Below are positions 8,632 through 19,900 of a DNA stretch of 64,000 bases, piece by piece. Source of the DNA: a virus (taxonomy: Duplodnaviria; Caudoviricetes); IMG/VR virus record IMGVR_UViG_3300035498_000575, positions 1 to 64,000 of that record; one strand, 5' to 3'. The notes below the pieces were generated by a model, which did no database searches, was not told the origin of the DNA, and worked only from the letters and a program-made list of their open reading frames with translations. A program made the translations under genes and the position numbers. The first letter of the stretch is position 1; the number at the start of each line of letters is the position of its first letter.

Positions 8632-11020
8632 AGTTTATTCTAAATCCTATAACACTATCACCGGACGGTGTCTTGATTAACTTCTTACATTTGGATACTC
8701 TGGTGCTAATGTCTAAATCTGATATATTTACAGTCTCACTAGCTTGTGTTTTATGATAAACTGTTATTATATCACGTTTATTGACAGTTTTCAAACCAAC
8801 TATATTTTCTTTACTACTAGTATTAGCTAGATTTAACAACTCAGCCTTACGCTTCATTGTAGGGAACATGCTAAGTTCAACCAACTTATACTTACCGTTA
8901 GAGGTTAACATAAATATCAGTTTTTTCTTGGTACTAACAGCATCTACACCAATAATCTCTTCATCATCAGATAATTGTAATTGCTGAAGACCCCTGGTAT
9001 TTGCTCCCATTATTTTAAACTGGTCAAACTTAAATCTGACACCGTTTCCTTTGTTACTATAAACAATGCATTCTTTTGTAGTATCTTGGAATACTGATAT
9101 TACACTGACAAGAGTATCGCCAGTTGTTAAACTAATAGCAGTCTTTGTACTCTTACTGTTAATAAACTCAGTGATATGAGTTCTTTTCATAAATGAATTT
9201 TTTGTTGTAAGTAACACGGTGTAGTTATCTAAGTCATCACTGTCTACTCTGGGTATCAATATCGAAGCTACTACATTTCCAGTAAGTTTTGTATATCTGT
9301 TTATAGGTATACCATCACCATCTCCATCACAATCAGGAATATCAGATACATTAATAGCGGAGCATTTACCGCCATCACTAAACAATATGATTCTATCTTT
9401 ATTACTAACTGTGAATACATTGTAGTCATTTCTGGAACCTACTTTTCCAATAATACCAACATCACTAGGCAACTTCTTACAGTATCCATCATAACTTATT
9501 GCTATAACATGCTGGGTATCGGCAACGATATCATCTGCTGGAATTATACGAGACTTTCTTGGATGACCGAATAATTTAATACCCTCCTTAAGTTGGTCTT
9601 CAATTACTTTATCTATCAACTTGTCATTCATTAATATCTCTTCAATTTTAGCAATCTCGGCCGCTAATTCTATCTTCTTTTGTTTAAAACCTTCGTACGC
9701 ATCTTGTGTGAATTCATACATCCTCATATTTGCTATAGTACTAGCTTGTAATGAAGTTATCTTATAACGCTTCATTAACTTTGAGATGGCTTCTGCTTTA
9801 CTAGAAGACTTCTTACAAATCTCAAGAGTTTTCTCAGCATTATCTTTATTTAATACAAATAATATGATATCGTTCATATATTCCTTTTCCTTGTTTTTAA
9901 CAAGTTGCGTATTATACGAACTTCTTATTATATCACGTCTGTATGATATCCATGCTAGTAAGAATGACTTAACACCATAGTCGTATAGCTTGTAATCGTC
10001 TATCAAATTGATACCGACAGGATATGTCTTTTGTAAGACAGTCTTTTTATATAGTATATCCAATACCTTATTTGCATTCACATTAGGCTTTAGATATATT
10101 ATAGTCTTAACACCAATCTTACTATTGGTATAGTCTTTGATGTCAATAATATCATCTAATTCCTTTGATTTCTTTAGCTCAACAACCTTTGTGAGGAATT
10201 GTCTTACTGTACACTGCAAAGGTAAAGATGTAATAGTTATACGATTCTTTTCACTGTCTATCTCTACACTACCTCTTAAGGTAAGAGTACCGGTACCTTT
10301 CTCACAGATAGTTGCAAATTGACCATCATCAATGATATCAGCACCAGTAGGTGAATCAGGAACCAAATAAATATTCTTATTAGGATTCTTCATTAAGTCC
10401 ATAGTAGCATTCAATACTTCAGTGAAATTATATGGTGGTATATTACTTGCAGCACCATAACCAATAGCTCCAAATTGAGGATTGATTAACGCATGAGGAT
10501 ATCTAGCTGGTAAGAATTCAGGTTCTTCATCTTGACCTGTATATGCCATCTTCATATCTACATTACTTGTTTCAAAATCCTCAAAGAAGCATTTTAAAGA
10601 ATACTTAGATAACTTGACCTCTAAGTATCTTGCTGCTGCTGCTTGGTCGCCTTTAATAGTACCCGGATTACCTTGAGCATCTAGTAGCACTACATTGTTA
10701 CTAAACTCCTGTGCTAAGTTACCGGCTACATCAGCAATCGCAACATCACCATGAGGATGGTATGCAAGAGTACTCGCAGTAACTGCTGCCATCTTCACAT
10801 TCTGTGTTCTTGCTTTACTCTTATACATCGAGTATAAGATTCTTCTGTGAACAGGTTTCAAACCATCAATCATTGATTTGATAGCTCTATAGACGTTCTT
10901 ATTAGTTCCAAATATTTTCATAGATTCTTCACATGAATCTGCTAGGTTTTCACCACTAATATTACTCATATTCTCGTAATCGAGATTCTCCATACTCATT
11001 TTTAACGATTTCTTTTTCAT
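8630..11020 (-). CDS. gyrA: Type IIA topoisomerase subunit A (GyrA/ParC-like)
   Basis: DGLKPVHRRILY, YHPHGD, AAARY (catalytic Tyr), C-terminal beta-pinwheel blades; start moved to the ATG after GGAGGT. Confidence 0.92.
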   Translation of the reverse strand: MKKKSLKMSMENLDYENMSNISGENLADSCEESMKIFGTNKNVYRAIKSMIDGLKPVHRRILYSMYKSKARTQNVKMAAVTASTLAYHPHGDVAIADVAGNLAQEFSNNVVLLDAQGNPGTIKGDQAAAARYLEVKLSKYSLKCFFEDFETSNVDMKMAYTGQDEEPEFLPARYPHALINPQFGAIGYGAASNIPPYNFTEVLNATMDLMKNPNKNIYLVPDSPTGADIIDDGQFATICEKGTGTLTLRGSVEIDSEKNRITITSLPLQCTVRQFLTKVVELKKSKELDDIIDIKDYTNSKIGVKTIIYLKPNVNANKVLDILYKKTVLQKTYPVGINLIDDYKLYDYGVKSFLLAWISYRRDIIRSSYNTQLVKNKEKEYMNDIILFVLNKDNAEKTLEICKKSSSKAEAISKLMKRYKITSLQASTIANMRMYEFTQDAYEGFKQKKIELAAEIAKIEEILMNDKLIDKVIEDQLKEGIKLFGHPRKSRIIPADDIVADTQHVIAISYDGYCKKLPSDVGIIGKVGSRNDYNVFTVSNKDRIILFSDGGKCSAINVSDIPDCDGDGDGIPINRYTKLTGNVVASILIPRVDSDDLDNYTVLLTTKNSFMKRTHITEFINSKSTKTAISLTTGDTLVSVISVFQDTTKECIVYSNKGNGVRFKFDQFKIMGANTRGLQQLQLSDDEEIIGVDAVSTKKKLIFMLTSNGKYKLVELSMFPTMKRKAELLNLANTSSKENIVGLKTVNKRDIITVYHKTQASETVNISDLDISTRVSKCKKLIKTPSGDSVIGFRIN

Positions 11021-11037
11021 GTTAGAAAATACCTCCA

Positions 11038-11262
11038 TTATTCTTTATTATATACCATATAATATATAATGATTTGAACTATTAAATGCATTATACTGTA
11101 CGCAAAAATCAGCTTTGGTATAGAATAGCTTATCAGGCTAAATATCGTAAATATGGCCGCCATTTCAAGCGATAAAGCTTTGTAATGCATATCACCACGT
11201 CTAACGTTGTCAAAAGCTGCCGCAAACGAACAGAACAACACAATATAAAAACACAATCTCAT
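11038..11262 (-). CDS. Small membrane protein
   Basis: GGAGGT RBS, MRLCFYIVLF..., about three hydrophobic segments. Confidence 0.6.
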   Translation of the reverse strand: MRLCFYIVLFCSFAAAFDNVRRGDMHYKALSLEMAAIFTIFSLISYSIPKLIFAYSIMHLIVQIIIYYMVYNKE

Positions 11263-11294
11263 TATTATTATACCTCCATTAATTATGTTAAATT

Positions 11295-11624
11295 TTATAA
11301 TGTATACCAAATTATATTAGTTATAATATAACTGGTTATGTACAAATTTATCACTGTTTTACAGACCCTCTCATAATCATCGTCTCTCGCACAATCCTGA
11401 ATATAATCTGCAAGAACGAAAGAGCATCTGATAAACAGAATTATCAGACAGATAATCAGGAAACTTATAGGATGCGCCTTAGCAAAAACTACTATCCCAC
11501 ATATTACAAGTAACAGCAGTAATAACAGGCAACCTCCAGTCGCAGTTTCATCTTCTTTAACTACGGCAACTATTACAGACACTAACGTGATAGCAATTAA
11601 TATCGTTAACACAATACCAGTCAT
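11295..11624 (-). CDS. Small membrane protein
   Basis: AGGAGGT RBS; 3-4 hydrophobic segments. Confidence 0.65.
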   Translation of the reverse strand: MTGIVLTILIAITLVSVIVAVVKEDETATGGCLLLLLLLVICGIVVFAKAHPISFLIICLIILFIRCSFVLADYIQDCARDDDYERVCKTVINLYITSYIITNIIWYTL

Positions 11625-11635
11625 TTTCACACCTC

Positions 11636-11710
11636 CTATAAATCATCTGTAAACACATCAATAGCTCCGTAAGATAGTAGACATATTATGATCAATAAGA
11701 TTTTAATCAT
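11636..11710 (-). CDS. 24-aa hydrophobic peptide (not in ORF track)
   Basis: GAAAGGA RBS; MIKILLIIICLLSYGAIDVFTDDL*; AACA-N6-TA at 11773-11784. Confidence 0.5.
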   Translation of the reverse strand: MIKILLIIICLLSYGAIDVFTDDL

Positions 11711-11793
11711 TACTAATCTTCCTTTCTTTTTGGAACTAATAAGAATATTGTAAGGATACGTGTATGTATCCTTACAATATTGTTTACTGGTTA

Positions 11794-11970
11794 TTAATTA
11801 TCCAATTCTCCATAACTCTGGTCATTATCAGTCTTACGCTTACTCATTATTATGCCTTTTCTTTTTGACTCGGCATCATACTTATGTTTTTCTTCCATTA
11901 TACCTTCACTACCTACACCAATAAGTACTACTAGTATAATGATGAAAATTAATATCACAAACATATACAT
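11794..11970 (-). CDS. 58-aa single-pass membrane protein (not in ORF track)
   Basis: GGAGGA RBS; MYMFVILIFIIILVVLIGVGSEG...; AACA-N6-TA at 12019-12030. Confidence 0.6.
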   Translation of the reverse strand: MYMFVILIFIIILVVLIGVGSEGIMEEKHKYDAESKRKGIIMSKRKTDNDQSYGELDN

Positions 11971-12039
11971 TCCTCCGTAAAATTAAATATATACTAAAAA
12001 GGCTAGCCAAAGCCTTTTTAGTATATTGTTTATAGGATA

Positions 12040-14469
12040 CTAATTATCTAAATCTTCACGTTTTATATGATATTCAGCCATCATAAGTTTCCTATCAAGA
12101 TTATCCTTTTTACCATCACCATGCAACTTCTTTAGCACTTTCAAGTCACGCTCAATGTCACCAAATGTTAGCTGAATTAAACGACGGTTATTTGGATTCA
12201 ATGTAGTCTCCCACATCTGGTCAGAGTTCATTTCTCCAAGTCCCTTATATCTTGTTATTATCGATGGTTTAAACTTTTCGGTTAAATTTAGAAAATCTAG
12301 TAGTGTCATCTTTCTGAATTCTTTGGTAGACTTATCTTTAATATACATCATGTATCCATACTTCTGGTATATGTCAAATAACTCTTCAACCTTATTGATG
12401 AATCTAGGTGATAAATCCAATGATTGATATGAGCCATCTATTACACCTCTTAGAGCATAATTGTTATTGCTCAAACTTATTTCAGGATACTTGTTTTGTA
12501 CTTCTGATAATAGGGTCACAAAGAATTTGTTCTGTTTAAATATATCTTTAGCATTCTTAGCATGACCTTCCGTGATATACGAAGATATAACTGCACTCAC
12601 TATCTCAATTAATCCCATATTAACACCGAAATGTTTAGCTATACGCTCTAGTGTTTCAACATACTGAACTGTGTCATACAAGAAGAATCTAAAGTCATCC
12701 TCACTACAAGCCTTACCAAACTCGTCAAACTTTATCTTATATGCAGATAATACTTCATCAATATAAGTATCTACATATTCTCGCTTATCTATTACATAAG
12801 GATGTGTCTTGTTATCAATATGGTAAAGTGGTGGTAGTACTCTGTATAATCTACCTGCTTCTATAATTTGAGGCATATATAATGCAAAGAATGTACAAAT
12901 ACCAGATGCAATGTTTCGGCCATCAATATCAGCATCAGTAGCTATAATGATTTTATTGAAGTATAACTTATTTACATCACATGACTTGCCAATACCACAC
13001 TTAAGAATCTTCGTTAAGTCTTTGTACTCGGCATTCTTTAAAATACCCTCTAAATCACGTTTAAAGCCGTTTGCGGTTACTCCTCTAAATGCTATAAAAG
13101 CCTGTGTATCAGCATCACGACCATCTGATAGTGTGCCAAGAGCTGACTTTCCTTCACATAAGAATAGCTCCTTATATGCTTTACCAGTATTATTCGCAGG
13201 CGTGTATTTAGTCATATTATGCTTGTCAAAGTTATCAACTTTTTCGATTATTGTGTTTCTAACCTTGTTAGCTTCTACTCTAGCCTTTGCACTTAACTTG
13301 AATGTCTTTATGAATCTCATCAGTTCATCCTTTGATTTCTCACCAAAGTATTTCTGTAACGCACTCATTACTTGATACTTTATATCACCGATTAGTAAAT
13401 CATTAGATATAGCATTCTTAGTTTGACCAACAAACATAACTTGATATGCTGTGTTAAGACTTACAACTATTGACAATGAATTTAACACGTCATTCTTTGT
13501 AACTGTAAACTTAGCTTTCTCACGTTCTGTTAGACTATTATTGGACTCTCTGACGAAATATCTCCATATAGATTCCATTGAAGACTCTAGATGGACACCA
13601 CCATCAGGTGTTAGTATACTATTACAGTAACTATCAATGTAAGGTTGTTCATCAGACGTTAATCCAAACGCTACATCTAGATGTAAATCTCTTTCGACAT
13701 CTTCTGGATAACCCTTATCTAAGTTCATAACGTTTTCAGTCTTTTTCCATTGAGATGATAGAGTTACTACATTACCTGTCACATATCCTGTTAACATGCT
13801 TGATATAGGTTGCTTCTTATACTTCTCAGAAAATATCTTCTTCCCATTCTCAACAATCTTGAATTTCATTGTAGTCTTGTCTGGTAAGAAGTATGACGTT
13901 TTAGATATCCATTCAAGAAGTTGGTCTTTGTTAATTACAGCCCCTCTACCTAAATATTTAACAGATGGTCTGAACTTAACTATACAACCATAATCCTTAT
14001 TCATATTAGTACCATGTGTATCGTCCACTTTAGTACCTTCTTTGAATGTGATAATGTGAACTTTGTGGTTTCTATATGATTCCCACACAAACATATCGGA
14101 CAATGCATTCACGGCCGTGTTACCACAACCATTCTCACCAGCAGTATTAACATTATTACTCCTAGTAAATTTACTACCTGACTGTATCTTGGTACATAGA
14201 ATATCCATGGGCAAATCATTCTCGGGAATGCCTCTTCCATTATCTTCAACAGAAAGTATACCTGTTGTGATATCCAATTCAACCTTAATTGTATCCGCAG
14301 GAGATTCATCGTTCATGCATTCATCTATTGCGTTTTGGATTACTTCCTTAGCTAGATGTAACGCACCACGTTCCCCTAAGTATGATATATACATACCCGG
14401 CTTTGTTTGAATCTTCTTGATATCATCTTCTATATAGCTTCTTTTGTCATCTTTAAATTTAATACTCAT
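12040..14469 (-). CDS. gyrB: Type IIA topoisomerase subunit B (GyrB/ParE-like)
   Basis: GHKL motifs EVIQNAIDE, DNGRGIP, GENGCG; TOPRIM motifs CEGKSA, TDADIDG; RYKGLGEM. Confidence 0.93.
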   Translation of the reverse strand: MSIKFKDDKRSYIEDDIKKIQTKPGMYISYLGERGALHLAKEVIQNAIDECMNDESPADTIKVELDITTGILSVEDNGRGIPENDLPMDILCTKIQSGSKFTRSNNVNTAGENGCGNTAVNALSDMFVWESYRNHKVHIITFKEGTKVDDTHGTNMNKDYGCIVKFRPSVKYLGRGAVINKDQLLEWISKTSYFLPDKTTMKFKIVENGKKIFSEKYKKQPISSMLTGYVTGNVVTLSSQWKKTENVMNLDKGYPEDVERDLHLDVAFGLTSDEQPYIDSYCNSILTPDGGVHLESSMESIWRYFVRESNNSLTEREKAKFTVTKNDVLNSLSIVVSLNTAYQVMFVGQTKNAISNDLLIGDIKYQVMSALQKYFGEKSKDELMRFIKTFKLSAKARVEANKVRNTIIEKVDNFDKHNMTKYTPANNTGKAYKELFLCEGKSALGTLSDGRDADTQAFIAFRGVTANGFKRDLEGILKNAEYKDLTKILKCGIGKSCDVNKLYFNKIIIATDADIDGRNIASGICTFFALYMPQIIEAGRLYRVLPPLYHIDNKTHPYVIDKREYVDTYIDEVLSAYKIKFDEFGKACSEDDFRFFLYDTVQYVETLERIAKHFGVNMGLIEIVSAVISSYITEGHAKNAKDIFKQNKFFVTLLSEVQNKYPEISLSNNNYALRGVIDGSYQSLDLSPRFINKVEELFDIYQKYGYMMYIKDKSTKEFRKMTLLDFLNLTEKFKPSIITRYKGLGEMNSDQMWETTLNPNNRRLIQLTFGDIERDLKVLKKLHGDGKKDNLDRKLMMAEYHIKREDLDN

Positions 14470-14607
14470 ATGAGCATCCTCCTTATTAATTAACGTTTTA
14501 ATATTGCTATAAGTATATGTTTACTACAATTTAAAATGATAAAAATGAAGCGATAAAAAAATTAGTGCACCTCCACGGGGTGCACTAATATATTATTTTT
14601 ATATGTT

Positions 14608-15462
14608 TTATCTCTTCTTCTTGTCATTCAATGAATCGTTTATAACGACATTGGCATAGAAGTCATCACTTGAATCTCTATTCTTACCACTTGGGTCATC
14701 GTATGGACTAATTTCACCAGACTCTATGAATGCACTAATTGAAGCTATAGCCTTATCAACTAAGCTTAAGCGTCTTAGCATCTTTTCATTCTCGATTATA
14801 GCTCTCTTCTGTCCATCAGTGATGTGCTTCTTATTAGCGTTGTGTACTGCTATGCCATAATGGCACTTTAGTGTTTCAACACCTGCTTGTAATACCTTTA
14901 GAGCATCACTTATTGCAGTTCCGTCACCTGTCTCATCGATAAGACCTATCTTACCACATTGCATGCATCTACCGAATGTGTATCCCTTAGGTAATGTCTC
15001 AACGAGCTTAGTATTCTTCCAAATGATATCATCTGGACCTACTTTATACATTGTACTTGTCGCACGACCTCTGGAACCTTTTGCATCATCAATATTTCCG
15101 TGACAGCATAGATAGTTCATCATGACCTTATTAACAGCTGGATTTACTCCCTTCGCTGGAATCAACTCTGCCTTGTATGGGTGTTCACCAGATGCAGTTT
15201 GGAAACCATCACTGAAACGTTCTTCATCAGTCAACTCATCACTAGGAGTTATCTTGATTTCAAATAACGAATCGAATATATCAATGATGTCATACTGACC
15301 TGCATTTTCGATTAACACGTCAACCTTATCAGCAATTTCAAGCTTTGATAATAGATTCTCAGCGTCTACCTCAGATACTACTTGTGAAGTATTACCATTG
15401 GATAATCTAGCTGCGTTTGTCTTAACTATCTTGTTATTCCTTTTATTTATGCGCTTACTCAT
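14608..15462 (-). CDS. Hypothetical protein with a CxxC motif
   Basis: GGAGGT RBS; RCMQCG; AACA-N6-TA at 15511-15522. Confidence 0.6.
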   Translation of the reverse strand: MSKRINKRNNKIVKTNAARLSNGNTSQVVSEVDAENLLSKLEIADKVDVLIENAGQYDIIDIFDSLFEIKITPSDELTDEERFSDGFQTASGEHPYKAELIPAKGVNPAVNKVMMNYLCCHGNIDDAKGSRGRATSTMYKVGPDDIIWKNTKLVETLPKGYTFGRCMQCGKIGLIDETGDGTAISDALKVLQAGVETLKCHYGIAVHNANKKHITDGQKRAIIENEKMLRRLSLVDKAIASISAFIESGEISPYDDPSGKNRDSSDDFYANVVINDSLNDKKKR

Positions 15463-15578
15463 AAAATTACCTCCAAAATTATAATTATAAATAAAATTTA
15501 CCAATCTATCTAAATAACTGTTTTACCCACAGACATTTTTACATCTGTGGGTATAACATGTTTATCTTACCGTTTACG

Positions 15579-16661
15579 TTAGTCAGCTTTTAAATACTTC
15601 TTAACGTCTTGATTTTCCTTACTAATCTTATAAGCCATATTCCTAATTCTTATATATTGACTAGGAAGTTCGGCTAGTAGTACAGGAGTAGCTTCTGGGT
15701 TAGCCTTCATGTACTTAACATACTTCCATATAATAGAAGTAATAGTCTTATCATCAAGCTCGTTCATAGTATCATAAGCCCAATCGGTTAGACTGTTTAG
15801 TACACTCATGCAACCTTCGTCTGTGTTTGTTGCTGTGTTCTCAACAATTATTTTATCATACACGTCAACAAGAGCAATGCCAAATCTACCGAAGATATAT
15901 TCATAATCAGGTGCAGACTTTTCTTTTAGTTGCCCAGCGATTTCAGAATCTTCAATCATACTTCTGACAATTTTCTTGATGACAGCATGTGGAACTGAAT
16001 CTTCTGGGATTACATTACTGATAAACTCAAAGCCGTCTTTATAACCTACACAAGTGATTAGGTTTAATGCACTTGCTTTAGAAATGTTAGCTTTCTTGCA
16101 GAGCTTGTCAATATCTCTCTTGGATAGCTTCTCAGATATCTGTAGAGATGTCTTAACCCAGTCTTCCATCTGAACATCATAGGTTCTTAGGTCATCTAAA
16201 ACACAACCGACAATGATTGGATAGAACATAGCATCCTCTGGAATTTCATCATCCTTAATACATTCTTTCATCCACTTCATGAATGGTTCAGATGTATACT
16301 GAGTTATGATTCTTTCCTTTTGAGTATTAGCGTCCTGAGTATTCTTACCATCTAGAATATATCTAGAATATACTGATAGCTCAGGGAGGAACCTACAAAG
16401 ATAGGAACAGTACTTACGCATTGATTTTTCCTTGTCCTTGTTTAGGTTGTTCTTCTTACAGAATCCTTTGAATGTCGTGTCCATAAAAGCATCGACATCA
16501 TTATAGAACTCTTTTCTGCTGAGGTCATACTCTAAAACGCTCTTAGGCTTCTTGTTCTTCTTCTTTTTGTCTGTGCTTCCCATGTTGTTTAGAACGTAAG
16601 ATAGTGCATTGCACATACTCTCAATTCCGCTCATCTTTTTCTTATTTTCAGAATTATTCAT
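15579..16661 (-). CDS. Hypothetical protein
   Basis: GGAGGT RBS; long ORF; AACA-N6-TA at 16709-16720. Confidence 0.6.
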   Translation of the reverse strand: MNNSENKKKMSGIESMCNALSYVLNNMGSTDKKKKNKKPKSVLEYDLSRKEFYNDVDAFMDTTFKGFCKKNNLNKDKEKSMRKYCSYLCRFLPELSVYSRYILDGKNTQDANTQKERIITQYTSEPFMKWMKECIKDDEIPEDAMFYPIIVGCVLDDLRTYDVQMEDWVKTSLQISEKLSKRDIDKLCKKANISKASALNLITCVGYKDGFEFISNVIPEDSVPHAVIKKIVRSMIEDSEIAGQLKEKSAPDYEYIFGRFGIALVDVYDKIIVENTATNTDEGCMSVLNSLTDWAYDTMNELDDKTITSIIWKYVKYMKANPEATPVLLAELPSQYIRIRNMAYKISKENQDVKKYLKAD

Positions 16662-16779
16662 AAAATTTACCTCCAAAATTCATTAATCTTATAACTTGTT
16701 TGTATTTTTACTAAATTGTTTACAACTAATATTTTTTTAAAATTTAAGATATTAATTATAAACATTTAAATAAATAGCT

Positions 16780-16839
16780 TTAGGATTTCAATCTTATGCC
16801 TATCGCTATTGTTGCATATTCGTGAATAACGAATTTCAT
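16780..16839 (-). CDS. Putative 19-aa peptide (not in ORF track)
   Basis: GGAGGTG RBS; MKFVIHEYATIAIGIRLKS*; early-type motif at 16915-16927. Confidence 0.4.
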   Translation of the reverse strand: MKFVIHEYATIAIGIRLKS

Positions 16840-16991
16840 ATAATTCACCTCCAATTTTTGTGGGTTATATATAAATGGATGGGCTGGTAATTCAGTCCAT
16901 CCTCATTTACGTTATTATAATATATAAACGTTTATTATTTTAAACTCAGAGTACATTTGTACTCTGAGTTTTTGTTGTGTGGGCATTATGT

Positions 16992-19900
16992 CTACTTACT
17001 CGCTTGTAGTTGCTTAGCTTTACCGATTAATAGAGTCATGAATGTTGTACCCATATAAACGGTCTTGCGGTCTCTAGGATTTGTGAAGTCATTGAACTCA
17101 GTAGCATCATTATCAAGTCTATCAATAATACGAATTATATTATCAGCTACCATTAGAGCAGCTAGTGACATATCGTATCTTTCCTTAATCTTTTTAACGA
17201 ACTTGCTAATGTTGTTACCTGATAACTTCTTGTATTCTTCATTCATGAATATATCACAGATGTAGTCGTAAATCATATTCTCTTGTTCGTTCTCGGTCAT
17301 AGACTTATCGTATTTCTCAGGTAGAGCGTCTAGCATGATATCCATATCGTCAGCCATACCCTTCTTATACATCCTACCGATTCCGTTGTTTACACTAGTC
17401 TCATCATCTGAATTGATAGAATCAAGTTGGTCACATGCGCAGCAACTATACTTAATATAATCACGAATTACGTCAGTTCTCAAAGTATATCCTGTAGCTA
17501 TTGATACAACCTCTGCTATTTTGGATAAGTTAGTCTGACCTGATACAGATGATAATATATTACTAGCAGCTAGTCTAGGAATATGACGTAAATATGGACT
17601 ATCCATTATGTTGCTATTTTTCACATACTTATTCAATACAGTGCACACGTCATAAGCTTCTGTATTTTTCTTTACATTACAGATTAACTCAAAGACAGTC
17701 TTGTCATATAAATCAGCAAGGTCTGACCATATTTGGTCATCGTCTACATCTGTACTTATTTGAGTATGTTGTCCATTAGGTTGTCCGATAACCACGTTCT
17801 TAGCTTTTTCCTCTACGTTCGTAACATCAGCAACATCACTAAACACATTAACCATGAATTCGTTTTCTCTCTCAGTTGTCAATTCTTTATAGTCTCTCAA
17901 CAAATCCTTCGTTAGCACGTTAATGAATTCAATAGTACCTTCTTGAGTTATCACTGAGTTTAATTTAGCTTCATCACAGTTAGCTAACATTATAACATTC
18001 TTTTCTAACTCATTAATGGTGTCGTCGTCTACAGTTACCATAGTATATTGTAGCATAGTAGCGTAATACAAAATAGGTAGTGCTTCACCGTATTTCATCA
18101 TAGCGGTATTCTCAACTGCCTTATATGCGTTCGCTAGCTCTTGTTGGATATTCTTGAATACAGATTCGTTTATAGTATTATACAAGTCTATTCTGTATAT
18201 AATTCTAAACTTGTTCTCAAACTCCTCACTAGTAGGAATCCTATCTATAACCTCTAAACTACAGTTTTCATTTATAACTGAACCAGTGAATATTCTATCA
18301 ATACGCCACCAGTCACTGTTCTTAGAGTCGTCTATAAGTTCTTGAAAATCCTCATATTTATCAGCTGGGTCGTTGCTGGTATTAGTGGATTCTTCAAGAG
18401 CTTCTTCGTCTGTAGTACTTGGGTCGTTAGTACTATCAGATGATACAACTTCAAGAATAGCGTCTATAAATGGGATTAGATATTTTTCACTGTTTAGCTT
18501 TTCAATGAGTTCTCTGTATTCATTGAGTATGTCGTGAGCTTCTATTGTCATGTTGCTAGGTATGTCATTGATAGTGTCAGCTGTAGCATACAACATTATC
18601 AACTTCTCTTTATCATCTATAAACTTGAAGTATCTTTCAATTGATTCCACATGTTTAAATAGGATTTCGTCATCTAGAGAAGTTGATACTAGTAGTACAT
18701 CATCAAGGTCAATGTCAATATCAAAGCCTTGTTCGTGTAGAGATAATCCGAATGAATGCATTGCTGCACGGAATTCCTTTATATCGGTTAGGATTTCTCT
18801 TTTGGCAACGCTTCCAAGTGGTATCTCTCTGGAAACCTCTTTTGTTATCGCAATGGGGTCGCCTATTTCATATACACCTTCATCATCAGCGGTGTATGAT
18901 GCTTTTTCAGATATTCTGCTCAATATCTTACTACGACGTGCGTTGGTTATGTCATATAAAGACTTGTCCTCGTACTCGTTATTTAATACAATCGTATCCC
19001 ACTTTGGGTCATGGTCTTCATTGATTATATCCTCTAAAGTGACATCATCTAAGTCATCGCCTTCATCTTCTGAATCAGGTGTATCATCCTCATCATAATC
19101 TTCACATTCGGAAGCATAAGGACATTCTGTACAGTAAGGAGTATGTTCATCGCAATATGCATCGATGTACTCTTGTGATTTATGCTCTACATATGGGAAG
19201 CACTCATCATCATTATTAGATGCTTCCTTTATTAATGACTCTAGAGAACCTTCTTCACACTTTGTACTCTTACTATAACTTTCTTCGTTTTCGCAAATGT
19301 CGTTGTAAGGACAATCTCCACATGCTAGTTTATGCTCTTTACAAAATCCGTCAATATAATCTTGTGAAGCGTCGTCTTCATACGGAAACTCACCAAGCGC
19401 CAAGTCGTTATTACCACTTACTGCGAATAAGTATTCGCAGTAAATGGATTTGATTTCATCAATGCTGATAGCATTATTGTGATGTTGGTTACCAGTTGAA
19501 GTACAACCATCATTTCCACATTTTCCATCAAATGGGCAAACTGAGCAATTGTACATGATTAACTCATTGGAACATACAAAAGTCTCAAAGTCTGTCACTG
19601 ACCAATCTTTGGTGAACTCGATGTCATTACTAGCGTCAGCTATCTCAGCCTTAGTAATTTCAGTGAGATGTTCTAAATCTATCTCATCGGCTTCTTCTGG
19701 TACGTCTTCAGTTTCTTCAACTATGTCTGGAGCTTTGTCTTCTATAACAGCTTCACTACTGTATTCGACTTCTAATCCGTCATCCTCATTTAGTTCGGTA
19801 TTATCGTCAATGTCATCATCCGCATCATCAATATCGTCGCTGTCTGGGTCAGTTGGAGAAGTTGGATTATAATCGTTATAACGGTCAAATATCTCAATAA

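Noticed and set aside
18858-18872. TCGCCTATTTCAT as a self-target of the predicted TnpB guide
   Set aside because: Partial, gapped match that misses the guide's 5' seed; expected by chance in AT-rich DNA
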